Positions 1 to 8,063 of a stretch of DNA of 64,000 nucleotides are shown here, piece after piece. How positions within the stretch are numbered: the stretch's first letter is position 1; every line of letters begins with the position of its first letter. A program made the position numbers and the translations under genes. The notes beneath the pieces were generated by a model. That model was not told the DNA's origin, searched no databases, and saw nothing but the letters and a program-made list of their open reading frames with translations. This stretch comes from a virus (lineage: Duplodnaviria > Caudoviricetes). The stretch lies in the IMG/VR virus record IMGVR_UViG_2924880783_000005, positions 1 to 64,000 of that record, one strand, 5' to 3'.

Positions 1-762
1 TCATTCTGTGGGTTCGGGCAGATAGCGCCCGCATATCAGATCCGTGATACTCGGATAGAAGGGATTGCCATATGTGCCGTACGGGCCGAAACGAGCCAGA
101 TAGTTGAAATAGAAATCTACCGGACGGCGACTGTTGGTCTGTATTTGGGTTTTCTGTAGGCGGTAGGCATATTCCCGTGAGGTTTCCACTTTGACCTTGC
201 GTCCGTTGAAATAGTAGTTCCCCTCTTCGTCTGAAGAGAACAGCACCTCTTCCTTTGCCGGACGCTCGCCGGCGACTACCCGGAAGAGCTCCCCGAGGGA
301 GCGACAGTCCTGATATTCTATCGGGATCGCGTCGCCCTCTTTCAGTTTCCTGTCGAGCTTGTCGAGCAGCGCCTTGATGGCGGGCGTGTAGATGTTCTCC
401 GATTGGAAACACCCCGTGCCGCGCCAGTGTTTCTCAAAAAGCTTGCTGATTTCAAGGAGCAGGGAGAGGGTCTCGCGGGCGGTTTGTGGCTTGTCTGTCA
501 GGTATGGAATATGTTCAGTTGCCAGTATGAAGAGCGACAGATAATCTTCCGGTTGCAGTTCACTCTTTTGATGCAGGTTGTAGTGCCGTTCGAGAAGCCC
601 GTCAATGCCAGTCTCCTGTAAGTTCTCGTCCGCCCATGCCAGACAGCCCTCTTTCTTGCAGGCGGGACATTTATCCGCTCCATACGGCAAGAGCATCACT
701 TTGCCGCAATCGGAGCAAGTGACGAAATCGCCACGTTCCGTATAAACATTTACCGTTTCCAT
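1..762 (-). CDS. Hypothetical protein with N-terminal Zn-ribbon (CSDC...CPAC)
   Basis: ORF track 1..786; more plausible ATG at 762 just downstream of the small ORF ending at 765. Confidence 0.75.
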   Translation of the reverse strand: METVNVYTERGDFVTCSDCGKVMLLPYGADKCPACKKEGCLAWADENLQETGIDGLLERHYNLHQKSELQPEDYLSLFILATEHIPYLTDKPQTARETLSLLLEISKLFEKHWRGTGCFQSENIYTPAIKALLDKLDRKLKEGDAIPIEYQDCRSLGELFRVVAGERPAKEEVLFSSDEEGNYYFNGRKVKVETSREYAYRLQKTQIQTNSRRPVDFYFNYLARFGPYGTYGNPFYPSITDLICGRYLPEPTE

Positions 763-764
763 CC

Positions 765-887
765 TCAATCCTCCACGTAAGGCCATTCGAGATGGCAGTC
801 ATTACAAATCGCCACGCCCTCGTCGTCCAGAATATCTATGTCGGTACTCCCGCATTCAGGGCATACCAATGTTTCTCTTTCCTTCAT
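765..887 (-). CDS. 40-aa Zn-ribbon protein (MKERETLVCPECGSTDIDILDDEGVAICNDCHLEWPYVED), below ORF-track cutoff
   Basis: Translated by hand; CxxC-x16-CxxC; fills the gap between two co-oriented genes. Confidence 0.7.
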   Translation of the reverse strand: MKERETLVCPECGSTDIDILDDEGVAICNDCHLEWPYVED

Positions 888-911
888 TGTCGGTATTTTT
901 AGGTTTTACAT

Positions 912-1571
912 TTACTTAATCAGTGATAGCGGAACCCAATAGGCCGAAGAACCGAATTCTTGCAATGCATCTTCATCCTGAATGAGTTCGCAACCTTTTG
1001 TATCCATGTATTTCTGGGAATCCGGCCAACAGACGGCCCGATAGCACTTGTCTCGGGAGGGGGATTTACCGTTGTGGCGGATATACTCTTCTTCGGACAC
1101 GTAAAGCGCCCCGTTGTCCTCGCTGTTCCACGACAGGTAACCGGTTTTCTCAAAAGACGAGGTATCTTCGGGAAATTCGACCAGCACGTATATTTTGTCG
1201 TCCCATGTTTGGGTACATGCGTCGCAATGGGACTGGTTTTCATGGATGTCGTATCTGATGTTTTCCGATTCACACTTGGGGCAGACGGGGTTCTTTTTCT
1301 TCGGAAAACCCAGTATCTCGGCGATGATTTCCATGCTTTCCCAAAACAATTGCTCGCAATAATCATTGGCCATCTTGTCGGCCAGTTCCTTCATGTCATC
1401 ATCGGAAATCCTCTCCATGTCGAACCCTGCACCCTGCAGGTCGTCCCGATGTACGGATGTGATCGGGAAATATCCTTCGGAGAGCCGTTGCTTCAATTGT
1501 TGTTCCTCCTCTGTGGGATTTGCTTTGGCATCGAAGTATGCCTTTATGTCGTCAAGAAGTGTTTGAATCAT
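912..1571 (-). CDS. Hypothetical protein with internal Zn-ribbon (CPKC...CDAC)
   Basis: ORF 219 aa, co-directional packing. Confidence 0.75.
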   Translation of the reverse strand: MIQTLLDDIKAYFDAKANPTEEEQQLKQRLSEGYFPITSVHRDDLQGAGFDMERISDDDMKELADKMANDYCEQLFWESMEIIAEILGFPKKKNPVCPKCESENIRYDIHENQSHCDACTQTWDDKIYVLVEFPEDTSSFEKTGYLSWNSEDNGALYVSEEEYIRHNGKSPSRDKCYRAVCWPDSQKYMDTKGCELIQDEDALQEFGSSAYWVPLSLIK

Positions 1572-1583
1572 ATTTTTACGGTT

Positions 1584-2096
1584 TTATAAGTTTGATATTT
1601 TTTCTTCGTAAAATCTGTCAATGATAAGGAAATAATCTTCCTCGTGCCAGTCAGTGCCGGCGTATTTTGTCTCGAATTCACCGGCCCACGCAATGATGTC
1701 CGATACCACGGTGCGGGAGTCTCTGTCTTTCCAAAGATTGTCCGCCCCGGCGTTGTAGGCAAGGTCCACGAGTGTTTCCAGCAATTTCCGGTTGCCGTTG
1801 CACTCCTTGCCAAGAGACGAGAGCCACAACTGCACGTCCACGGCATCCTCCTCGACGGTATCGTTGTGCAGGCATGAGCATTGCCCCTGACCGTCATGGC
1901 AGACCAATACCGGATGTCCGGTAGCCGGGCAGATGCGCACCAGTACCTCGTTAGGGGCAAGCAGCTCCACGTCCCTGTCCTTGCGCGTATTCGACAAGGC
2001 AAGTTTTATTCTGCCGAGCATTTCTTGTTCTTCTGCCGTTCCGGATGTTTTCGATTCCAGTTGTCGGCGGATGTCATTCAGTAAATTGTATATCAT
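1584..2096 (-). CDS. Hypothetical protein (N-terminus MIYNLLNDIR resembles MIQTLLDDIK of the adjacent gene)
   Basis: ORF track 1584..2186; ATG at 2096 preferred to avoid overlap. Confidence 0.7.
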   Translation of the reverse strand: MIYNLLNDIRRQLESKTSGTAEEQEMLGRIKLALSNTRKDRDVELLAPNEVLVRICPATGHPVLVCHDGQGQCSCLHNDTVEEDAVDVQLWLSSLGKECNGNRKLLETLVDLAYNAGADNLWKDRDSRTVVSDIIAWAGEFETKYAGTDWHEEDYFLIIDRFYEEKISNL

Positions 2097-2106
2097 GTTG
2101 TAACGT

Positions 2107-2325
2107 TTATTTTTGTTGATGATCGGTTTTACTTCGTTCGTATATCGGGCATCGTGTCCGGTATCTGCATTGACCTCTGGCGGCATTGAGGTGTTCCCCG
2201 TGCCATTTATCCCAGTCCGTTACGCCGTCTTCCGTGAGGAATACAATCAGTTTCATGCAGCAGAACCCCCGTTCCCGGCGGTTCGTGTCATGGAGGTTGG
2301 CCAGCCCGTTGTCCTTGAATCTCAT
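2107..2325 (-). CDS. Small hypothetical protein
   Basis: 72-aa ORF overlapping the upstream stop by 4 nt. Confidence 0.6.
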   Translation of the reverse strand: MRFKDNGLANLHDTNRRERGFCCMKLIVFLTEDGVTDWDKWHGEHLNAARGQCRYRTRCPIYERSKTDHQQK

Positions 2326-3257
2326 TTCAAGGTCACTTTTGGGTGGATTTGCCGCCTCATAAGAAGCAATACCGCCTCGATACCGCGAATACTCTCCTCG
2401 TTCTCCTTCAGTTTGTAATAATAGGCGTTCGCCTCGTTGTAGTCCTCCTGCGCCTTGCGCAATCTGGGCTCCTTAACGTCACAGACCTGCTCGTACGACA
2501 GGTCATACCCGATGAAGTCGTCCATGAAGTAGGACATGGCGGGACCGTCTTTGCTGTAGCGGGTCTCCACCACGGCGTTGCTGATGTCATCGCACCGCCT
2601 GCCGAGCGTACGGAGAATGTCGCTGATGTGGCGGTCGCGGAACTCGTAGGCGAAGAAACGGACATAACCTTCGTGTTCCCTGCGTTTTGTCTTTCCGGCG
2701 TAATATTCATACCATCGGGCATCGCACTTTGTATGTCTTTGGGTGACTCTATAGATGGCGTATTCCTCACCGATCCACGTGAAACGCGAGAGCACCTCAC
2801 TTGTCTCCTCCTCGTAGTAGCAATCGCTCCAGTTCAGAGCCTCAGTCTGGTTCAGCGGGAGGAATGATTGCTTGGTAATCCATTCCCTGAAGCCACAGCG
2901 TGTGACGTGAGGAAGTCCGTTCACGAGCTTGCTCCATGCGTCGTTGCAGGCTTCGTCCAGTGAAGGAAAACTTTCGGGGAAGCGTTCCCTGTCCATACCG
3001 TCCCGAAGCACCTCGTTCCACGCTTTATCGCAGATGACAAGCGTGATGTCTTCCTTTACGTGGCAGTCGCGCTCGCAATAGCCGTAAGGGGCATCGCAGA
3101 GCGTGTACCACTCCTTCGGCCCGAAACCGTCATCACGTCCCAGATAGCGGGCTGGCTTGCCGTCCTCGACCTGCACTTCCCACACTTCCGTGCAGTTGCC
3201 TCTGTCGATATGGTGCAGGCGGACTTTGATTTCCTTGTTATTCCGTTTTTCTTCCAT
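2322..3257 (-). CDS. Hypothetical protein
   Basis: ORF track 2322..3356; ATG at 3257 (MEEKRN) follows the upstream stop. Confidence 0.75.
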   Translation of the reverse strand: MEEKRNNKEIKVRLHHIDRGNCTEVWEVQVEDGKPARYLGRDDGFGPKEWYTLCDAPYGYCERDCHVKEDITLVICDKAWNEVLRDGMDRERFPESFPSLDEACNDAWSKLVNGLPHVTRCGFREWITKQSFLPLNQTEALNWSDCYYEEETSEVLSRFTWIGEEYAIYRVTQRHTKCDARWYEYYAGKTKRREHEGYVRFFAYEFRDRHISDILRTLGRRCDDISNAVVETRYSKDGPAMSYFMDDFIGYDLSYEQVCDVKEPRLRKAQEDYNEANAYYYKLKENEESIRGIEAVLLLMRRQIHPKVTLK

Positions 3258-3268
3258 GTCATCCGTTT

Positions 3269-3850
3269 TTATGCCGCCTTGTTCAGGCCGTCGATGATGT
3301 GCCGGCATTCGGCCTCCATCTCTTTCAGGCATTCCGTGCCGTAGAAGCCCCAGCAACTTTCGAGTTCGTTGCCGTTGTCTCCTTCCGGCGTGATGCGGTA
3401 CCCGAAGACTTTCCCGGTGTAATAGTTGTCGAGGGTTTCGATTTCGCTTTGCAGGTATTTCTCAATCTGTTTCCTGCGCTTGGCCGTGATGTGTTTCCAG
3501 CCGTATTCTTCGCGTACCTTGCCCAACGATACCGCGATGATGCCGAAAAAGCCGGAATCCCACGGACAACTGAACGGCGAGGTGGAAATGGTGATGCCGC
3601 TATGGTCGTAGAGATAGACCGGCAGGGCGACGTATCCTTTCAGGAAGGATCTCCGGAAATGTCCGATACGGCCATCGAAAACCTTGTCGATATCGAAGTG
3701 GTCATCGAATTCCTTCTCCGGGCAGTAACGGCGATGCGCCGTATACAGCGTGCCGAGATTATCATACGCCTCACGCGGGCTTTGGGTATCATCATCGTAG
3801 TAAATGCCGATGTGATATCCGTTATATTCAATTTGGTCATATAGGTTCAT
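3269..3850 (-). CDS. Hypothetical phage/MGE early protein
   Basis: 193-aa ORF, operon packing. Confidence 0.75.
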   Translation of the reverse strand: MNLYDQIEYNGYHIGIYYDDDTQSPREAYDNLGTLYTAHRRYCPEKEFDDHFDIDKVFDGRIGHFRRSFLKGYVALPVYLYDHSGITISTSPFSCPWDSGFFGIIAVSLGKVREEYGWKHITAKRRKQIEKYLQSEIETLDNYYTGKVFGYRITPEGDNGNELESCWGFYGTECLKEMEAECRHIIDGLNKAA

Positions 3851-3861
3851 TCGCTTGGATG

Positions 3862-4587
3862 TTATGTTCTGTTACAAAGTCTTACAAATTCTTCTGTCAG
3901 CTCGGCCCGCTCGAACTCGTCGCAGTTCAGGTCGAAGAATATGCCCGAGGCGGCAAGTATGTCGCGGGCTTCCTCATGGGTGATGTCGTTCCTGTGACGG
4001 TATTTGTCCATCATGTCCCGATGCTCGGACTCCGCCCTCTCGTGTCGTTCTTTCTTGTACCGGCTGTACCACGTGGGGAATTTTTCCTTTGGAATCATGT
4101 GTTCCATCTGCAGGTCACGGTATCTGCCCGGTGCCAGCAGGATATGCCTGTCGATGTAGGCTTTCGCCTCCTCCATGACGCCCTCCTTGGTGAAAGGCCG
4201 GTGGGAACGTGCCGTGAAATATATCCAACCCTCGTGCAGGGGGTGCTCGATTGCGATTTGTACGCCATGTTCCCTGACATGTACCACGACATAGACGGTA
4301 GAGTGCGGGAACATCTCGTCTTTCAGGCTCGCTTCCCGGCAGTCCCGGGTATCAAGATGGATATAGTAGTCCTGCCTCACGCCTCCGAGAAACCTTTCAA
4401 GCTGCCGCATCGACTGGCAATAGATAAAGGTTCCCAGACGGCACTGGCCGCCCCGAAGGTTCCCGTAATAATATTGCCTTGTCCCGCGGTCGGTAATATG
4501 GAGCTCGTCCGGAGCCTGGAAATAAGTCCGGTAGGTATCGTCCGTGCGGCAGAAGTCGTAGATTTCCTGAAAGGTTCTTGTTTTCAT
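3862..4587 (-). CDS. Hypothetical protein
   Basis: 241-aa ORF, operon packing. Confidence 0.75.
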   Translation of the reverse strand: MKTRTFQEIYDFCRTDDTYRTYFQAPDELHITDRGTRQYYYGNLRGGQCRLGTFIYCQSMRQLERFLGGVRQDYYIHLDTRDCREASLKDEMFPHSTVYVVVHVREHGVQIAIEHPLHEGWIYFTARSHRPFTKEGVMEEAKAYIDRHILLAPGRYRDLQMEHMIPKEKFPTWYSRYKKERHERAESEHRDMMDKYRHRNDITHEEARDILAASGIFFDLNCDEFERAELTEEFVRLCNRT

Positions 4588-4605
4588 ATCCGTACTTCTT
4601 ATTTT

Positions 4606-4896
4606 TTATTGTTGCTGTTCACCGTCCGGAAGTGGAAATTCCCCCGTGCGGTAAAATATCTCTCCGAGACGGTCTGCCTGTTTCGCCAGACCTCTCTCCT
4701 GAACTGCAGCCACGGCCTGACGTGCCGCTCTCTCGTACATGCCCAGCAGCACCGGTTCGGGCAGGCGTTTCGTTAGCCATACTTCCTGTGCCGTGGCAAG
4801 CATTTCCACCTCACAGCCCAAGTGGTGCGCTGTAAGGATGATGACGGCATAGCCGATAAAATTCGGTACGCGTTCTTCCTGCTTTTCGTTTTCCAT
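4606..4896 (-). CDS. Hypothetical protein
   Basis: 96-aa ORF. Confidence 0.65.
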   Translation of the reverse strand: MENEKQEERVPNFIGYAVIILTAHHLGCEVEMLATAQEVWLTKRLPEPVLLGMYERAARQAVAAVQERGLAKQADRLGEIFYRTGEFPLPDGEQQQ

Positions 4897-4898
4897 GT

Positions 4899-5051
4899 TC
4901 AATCCGGCTCAAACTCGTCTTCGTAGACTTCAATCTCTTTTCCGCTCTCGCAGATTCGTACCAGCCACGTGTACTGGAGCCGTTCCACCAGCTCTATGCG
5001 GCGGTATCCCTTGTATGGGACTTTCAGTGTGGCGATGTCTCCGGGTTGCAT
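4899..5051 (-). CDS. 50-aa hypothetical protein (MQPGDIATLKVPYKGYRRIELVERLQYTWLVRICESGKEIEVYEDEFEPD), not in ORF track
   Basis: Translated by hand; fills the gap between 4896 and 5053 with 1-2 nt spacing. Confidence 0.65.
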   Translation of the reverse strand: MQPGDIATLKVPYKGYRRIELVERLQYTWLVRICESGKEIEVYEDEFEPD

Positions 5052-5052
5052 G

Positions 5053-5238
5053 TCAGGACACGATTTCGAATTGGACATGGAAATGGAACTCGCTCATCAG
5101 CTGAGTGATGTTCGGCACTGATTTCGGGTCTTCGCCGTAAGGATAGAAGATTGTGAACTGACGGGTCAGGCACCGGATACCTTGTTTGCGCAATCGGTGC
5201 AGCAGGTACGCCCTGCGTCGTAGTTGTTTTTTGCTCAT
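5053..5238 (-). CDS. Small basic hypothetical protein
   Basis: 61-aa ORF with AT-rich leader. Confidence 0.65.
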   Translation of the reverse strand: MSKKQLRRRAYLLHRLRKQGIRCLTRQFTIFYPYGEDPKSVPNITQLMSEFHFHVQFEIVS

Positions 5239-5294
5239 TGTATAAAAGGTTATGTCATTATAAATAGAATAGAGGTGTGATTGCCTTCACGGGG

Positions 5295-5625
5295 TATTTC
5301 TCTATCGTTTGTGATGTAGCCACTTCGGGAAAGAAGCTCATCTCGCGTTAGCGGAGATGAGCTTCATGTTTCGAGGTGAGTGCTGATTTCTCAGGCCCCT
5401 CACACCTGTCGCCTGCCAAGCGTTGGAAAGAAACACTATTCTTCGTTTTTTGACTGGTGTTGTTGGTTGTAATAAATAATGATGCGACTACCGATGCGGG
5501 GCATGGCTTTATCCGTTCGATGTATGGTCTTCCGGAAGGAGCCGGAGACTGGCGGGTAACCAAAGTCTCCGGCTTCTATCAAGGAAGACGAGCTGAATGT
5601 CTCGGTCCGTCGCATCGAGCCTGCC
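5295..5625 (-). ncRNA. Second (distal) RT-associated hairpin array, 2 units
   Basis: Motif catggctttatccgttcgatgt at 5502-5523 with hairpin arms 5540-5550/5564-5574 and 5527-5533/5583-5589; degenerate motif ctctatcgtttgtgatgt near 5300-5317 with hairpin arms 5333-5344/5354-5365. Confidence 0.65.
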
Positions 5626-5638
5626 AGACGGCAACTAA

Positions 5639-6727
5639 TTACTTCTTACGCCATTCGGCCATCTTTTTCCGGATGTCGATATTGTTGTCCGCCAGCATTT
5701 TTTTCAGTGCGGCCAGCAAACGCCAGCCGTCCCCGTCCTTGTATGCTTCGGCCTTGGCCGTAAGGTACGCGAGGGACTGGTATTTGTCCAGATACCTGTT
5801 GTTGTCATCGACCGCCGTACAACCATGGAAGCGGATAAGGTTCTGCATGGTGAAATACGCCCCGGCACCCTTGTAGGCATTGACCCATGCCTTGCATTGA
5901 GGAATGTCGTGAGGCATCTTGATGCGTACCCAGTTGAACCCGATGGTGGCCTGGTATAGTTGGACAGCATTCTTTGCCCGCTTGATTTCGGATAATGACT
6001 TTTGCAGCGGATGGTAAATCTTGGCGTCCAGGTCGGACACGAAAATGTTATGGCTGCCGATACGTTTGTAGGGAATGCCCTTGCATTTTCTGGCTTTCAA
6101 GGAATCGATATGTTCTTTAAGCCGCTTCACGTAGTCCTCGGCCATCTGCGTTACCACCTTGACATTGAACCAGCGGTTGCGGTCGATAAAGTTCTCCACG
6201 TCCCGTCCCTCCATCTTCATCTGGGCGTGCAGCTCTTTCAGGAGCATCTTCCACTGGTACTCGTAGCCTAGACGATGAATCATCTCCGTTACGCCTATCG
6301 GCTCGCCGAAGCGGTGGTCTGCGCTGGCCATCATACGGAACATTTGTGCCATGACCCAACGACGGAACAGGCGGCGGTTAGGGATGTCGCCCTGTCCGAT
6401 AATCGCCTTGAAAATCGGGTCGTCGTCATCCAGGATGGCAAGCCGGCCACCCTTGTTGGAGGCGACATATTCGCCGCCGTTGGCGCCCTGCATGGCGAAA
6501 AGGTTGCTCACGTCCACGCCGACGGCACGGAGCGCCTCGATGCGTTTCTGCGCTGTTTTGGGCAGGTTTCCCGTTTGAGGTGGCGTGTCCTGTCCGGTGA
6601 CCGCCGGATATACGATGCCTAACCCTGAATCTTTCCCGATAATCGTTGCCATCACTGTTTCCTGTTTCTCCGGGATGGCGAACTCCGTCCCACATCGGGG
6701 ACATAAAACTTTTGTCTTTTTCTTCAT
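5639..6727 (-). CDS. RT-module accessory protein 2 (362 aa, unknown function; N-terminal CPRC)
   Basis: ATG overlaps the upstream stop (ATGA at 6724-6727); sits between the two arrays. Confidence 0.8.
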   Translation of the reverse strand: MKKKTKVLCPRCGTEFAIPEKQETVMATIIGKDSGLGIVYPAVTGQDTPPQTGNLPKTAQKRIEALRAVGVDVSNLFAMQGANGGEYVASNKGGRLAILDDDDPIFKAIIGQGDIPNRRLFRRWVMAQMFRMMASADHRFGEPIGVTEMIHRLGYEYQWKMLLKELHAQMKMEGRDVENFIDRNRWFNVKVVTQMAEDYVKRLKEHIDSLKARKCKGIPYKRIGSHNIFVSDLDAKIYHPLQKSLSEIKRAKNAVQLYQATIGFNWVRIKMPHDIPQCKAWVNAYKGAGAYFTMQNLIRFHGCTAVDDNNRYLDKYQSLAYLTAKAEAYKDGDGWRLLAALKKMLADNNIDIRKKMAEWRKK

Positions 6728-7203
6728 ACGATTTTTATTTGTTGCTTGTTGTCTTGAGGTTCCACCCATTCCCTGAGTATCACCAGATCCTTATCATTTT
6801 TGCTCTGCCAGAACCAATTGCCCATCGTTTCGGCGTTCCATTCCAGACCGAGAATGATATTGCCGAGAAGGTACAGTTCCAATGCGATTTGAGCCACGTC
6901 ACGGGGCTCGCCGTACAGCATGTCGTCGTCATCAAGGTCTTTCTCCGGCAGAGCCCTGAAATACTGGCGCGACTTGCTCTCGCTGCGTTCCGAAGGCACG
7001 GAGTGTTTGTAACGGCGGTACAGTTCCTCCATGTTCGCAAGGAACTCCTCCACGCTACAGGGCTTTATGCCCAATCCGCCTTCGAACTTGCCGTCCCGTA
7101 TGATGTATTTCTCATCTATTTTCAGGCTGCGGTGCCGGTAATCCACCTTGAATCCGGCACCGTCCCTGACGGCAAGGAGAGCCTCCTGATAAATATTTTC
7201 CAT
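6724..7203 (-). CDS. RT-module accessory protein 1 (159 aa, unknown function)
   Basis: True start MENIYQ at 7203; the ORF-track extension to 7281 overlaps array unit 5. Confidence 0.75.
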   Translation of the reverse strand: MENIYQEALLAVRDGAGFKVDYRHRSLKIDEKYIIRDGKFEGGLGIKPCSVEEFLANMEELYRRYKHSVPSERSESKSRQYFRALPEKDLDDDDMLYGEPRDVAQIALELYLLGNIILGLEWNAETMGNWFWQSKNDKDLVILREWVEPQDNKQQIKIV

Positions 7204-7239
7204 ACTACTTCTAATTTTTCGGTTAATGCACTCGAACCG

Positions 7240-8060
7240 TCGGCGCATGACTTTATCGTTCTGATAAATACAGTGGTTCAATGGTCCTGAACCAGGTAGT
7301 CGCCTGGTTCAGGAGCCATGTTGAAGACTGTATGTTAAATCCGGTTCCTCGTGCAACATTCGGTTGCGCTGCCGTTTCCGGTCCCATCCGGGGAGGGCAC
7401 ATGGCTTTACTTGTCCGATATGGGCAGCTCTTGCCGCTGGCCCGTGACTCCGCCGGCCGATAGGCTGGCGGAAGGAACTGGCCGCAGGTTATAGAGCTGC
7501 GCGGTTGAAACCCCGGCCTCGACCGGCCATACCCTGTGCTTGGGTGATGCATGATTCTCATAATGACGGCACATGGCTTTAAGTCTTTGATGTCTCCCGT
7601 GGCGGAAGCCTAAGTGGCGTCGTCGTATGACGTTAGGGATACGACGACGCGACGGAGGCTGATTGGACACGGGACGCTGAATGTCATTCCTTGAACCACG
7701 CTCCTGTGCTGGAAAGAAAGTTCTCATAATATCGACACATGGCTTTATCTTTTCGATGTTGCCCGCGTGCGTGTCTTCTGCGGAGTCCGAAGGCGGTGGT
7801 CAGCCGCCTTCAGACTCGGAAAGAAGACGTTAGGCACGCGGGATACTCAAGTCTATTCCTCGAACTTTCCCGATGTGTTTCGTCTTTGTGACGGATGTCT
7901 GGCTGGTGACACATGACTTTACTTTCCCGATATTTACAGGTAGGAACCAGAACGGGATGGGATTCACCGGTTGATAGACCGGTGAATACTGAATGGTTCT
8001 GGTATGTCTACCTGTAACATTGAAACTCCGCCCTTCATCCATCGGCCGTGTGCTCGGCCG
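7240..8060 (-). ncRNA. RT-associated array of five structured ncRNA units (long variable hairpin + conserved motif)
   Basis: CATGRCTTTA at 7246, 7400, 7572, 7738, 7912 (spacing 154, 172, 166, 174), each flanked on the high-coordinate side by a 60-85 nt imperfect inverted repeat. Confidence 0.8.
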
Positions 8061-8063
8061 TTT

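Noticed and set aside
7204-7281. N-terminal extension of the 6724..7281 ORF
   Set aside because: Overlaps array unit 5 (motif 7246, hairpin from 7271); ATG 7203 has a typical AT-rich leader
7253-8042. Short ORFs 7253-7561, 7407-7727, 7830-8042, 7281-7463 in the array
   Set aside because: Mutually overlapping, low-complexity translations; better explained by the repeat and hairpin structure
7240-8060. CRISPR array
   Set aside because: Conserved part is only ~10-25 nt and degenerate, the period is 154-174 nt, the palindromes are in the variable part, and no cas genes are present
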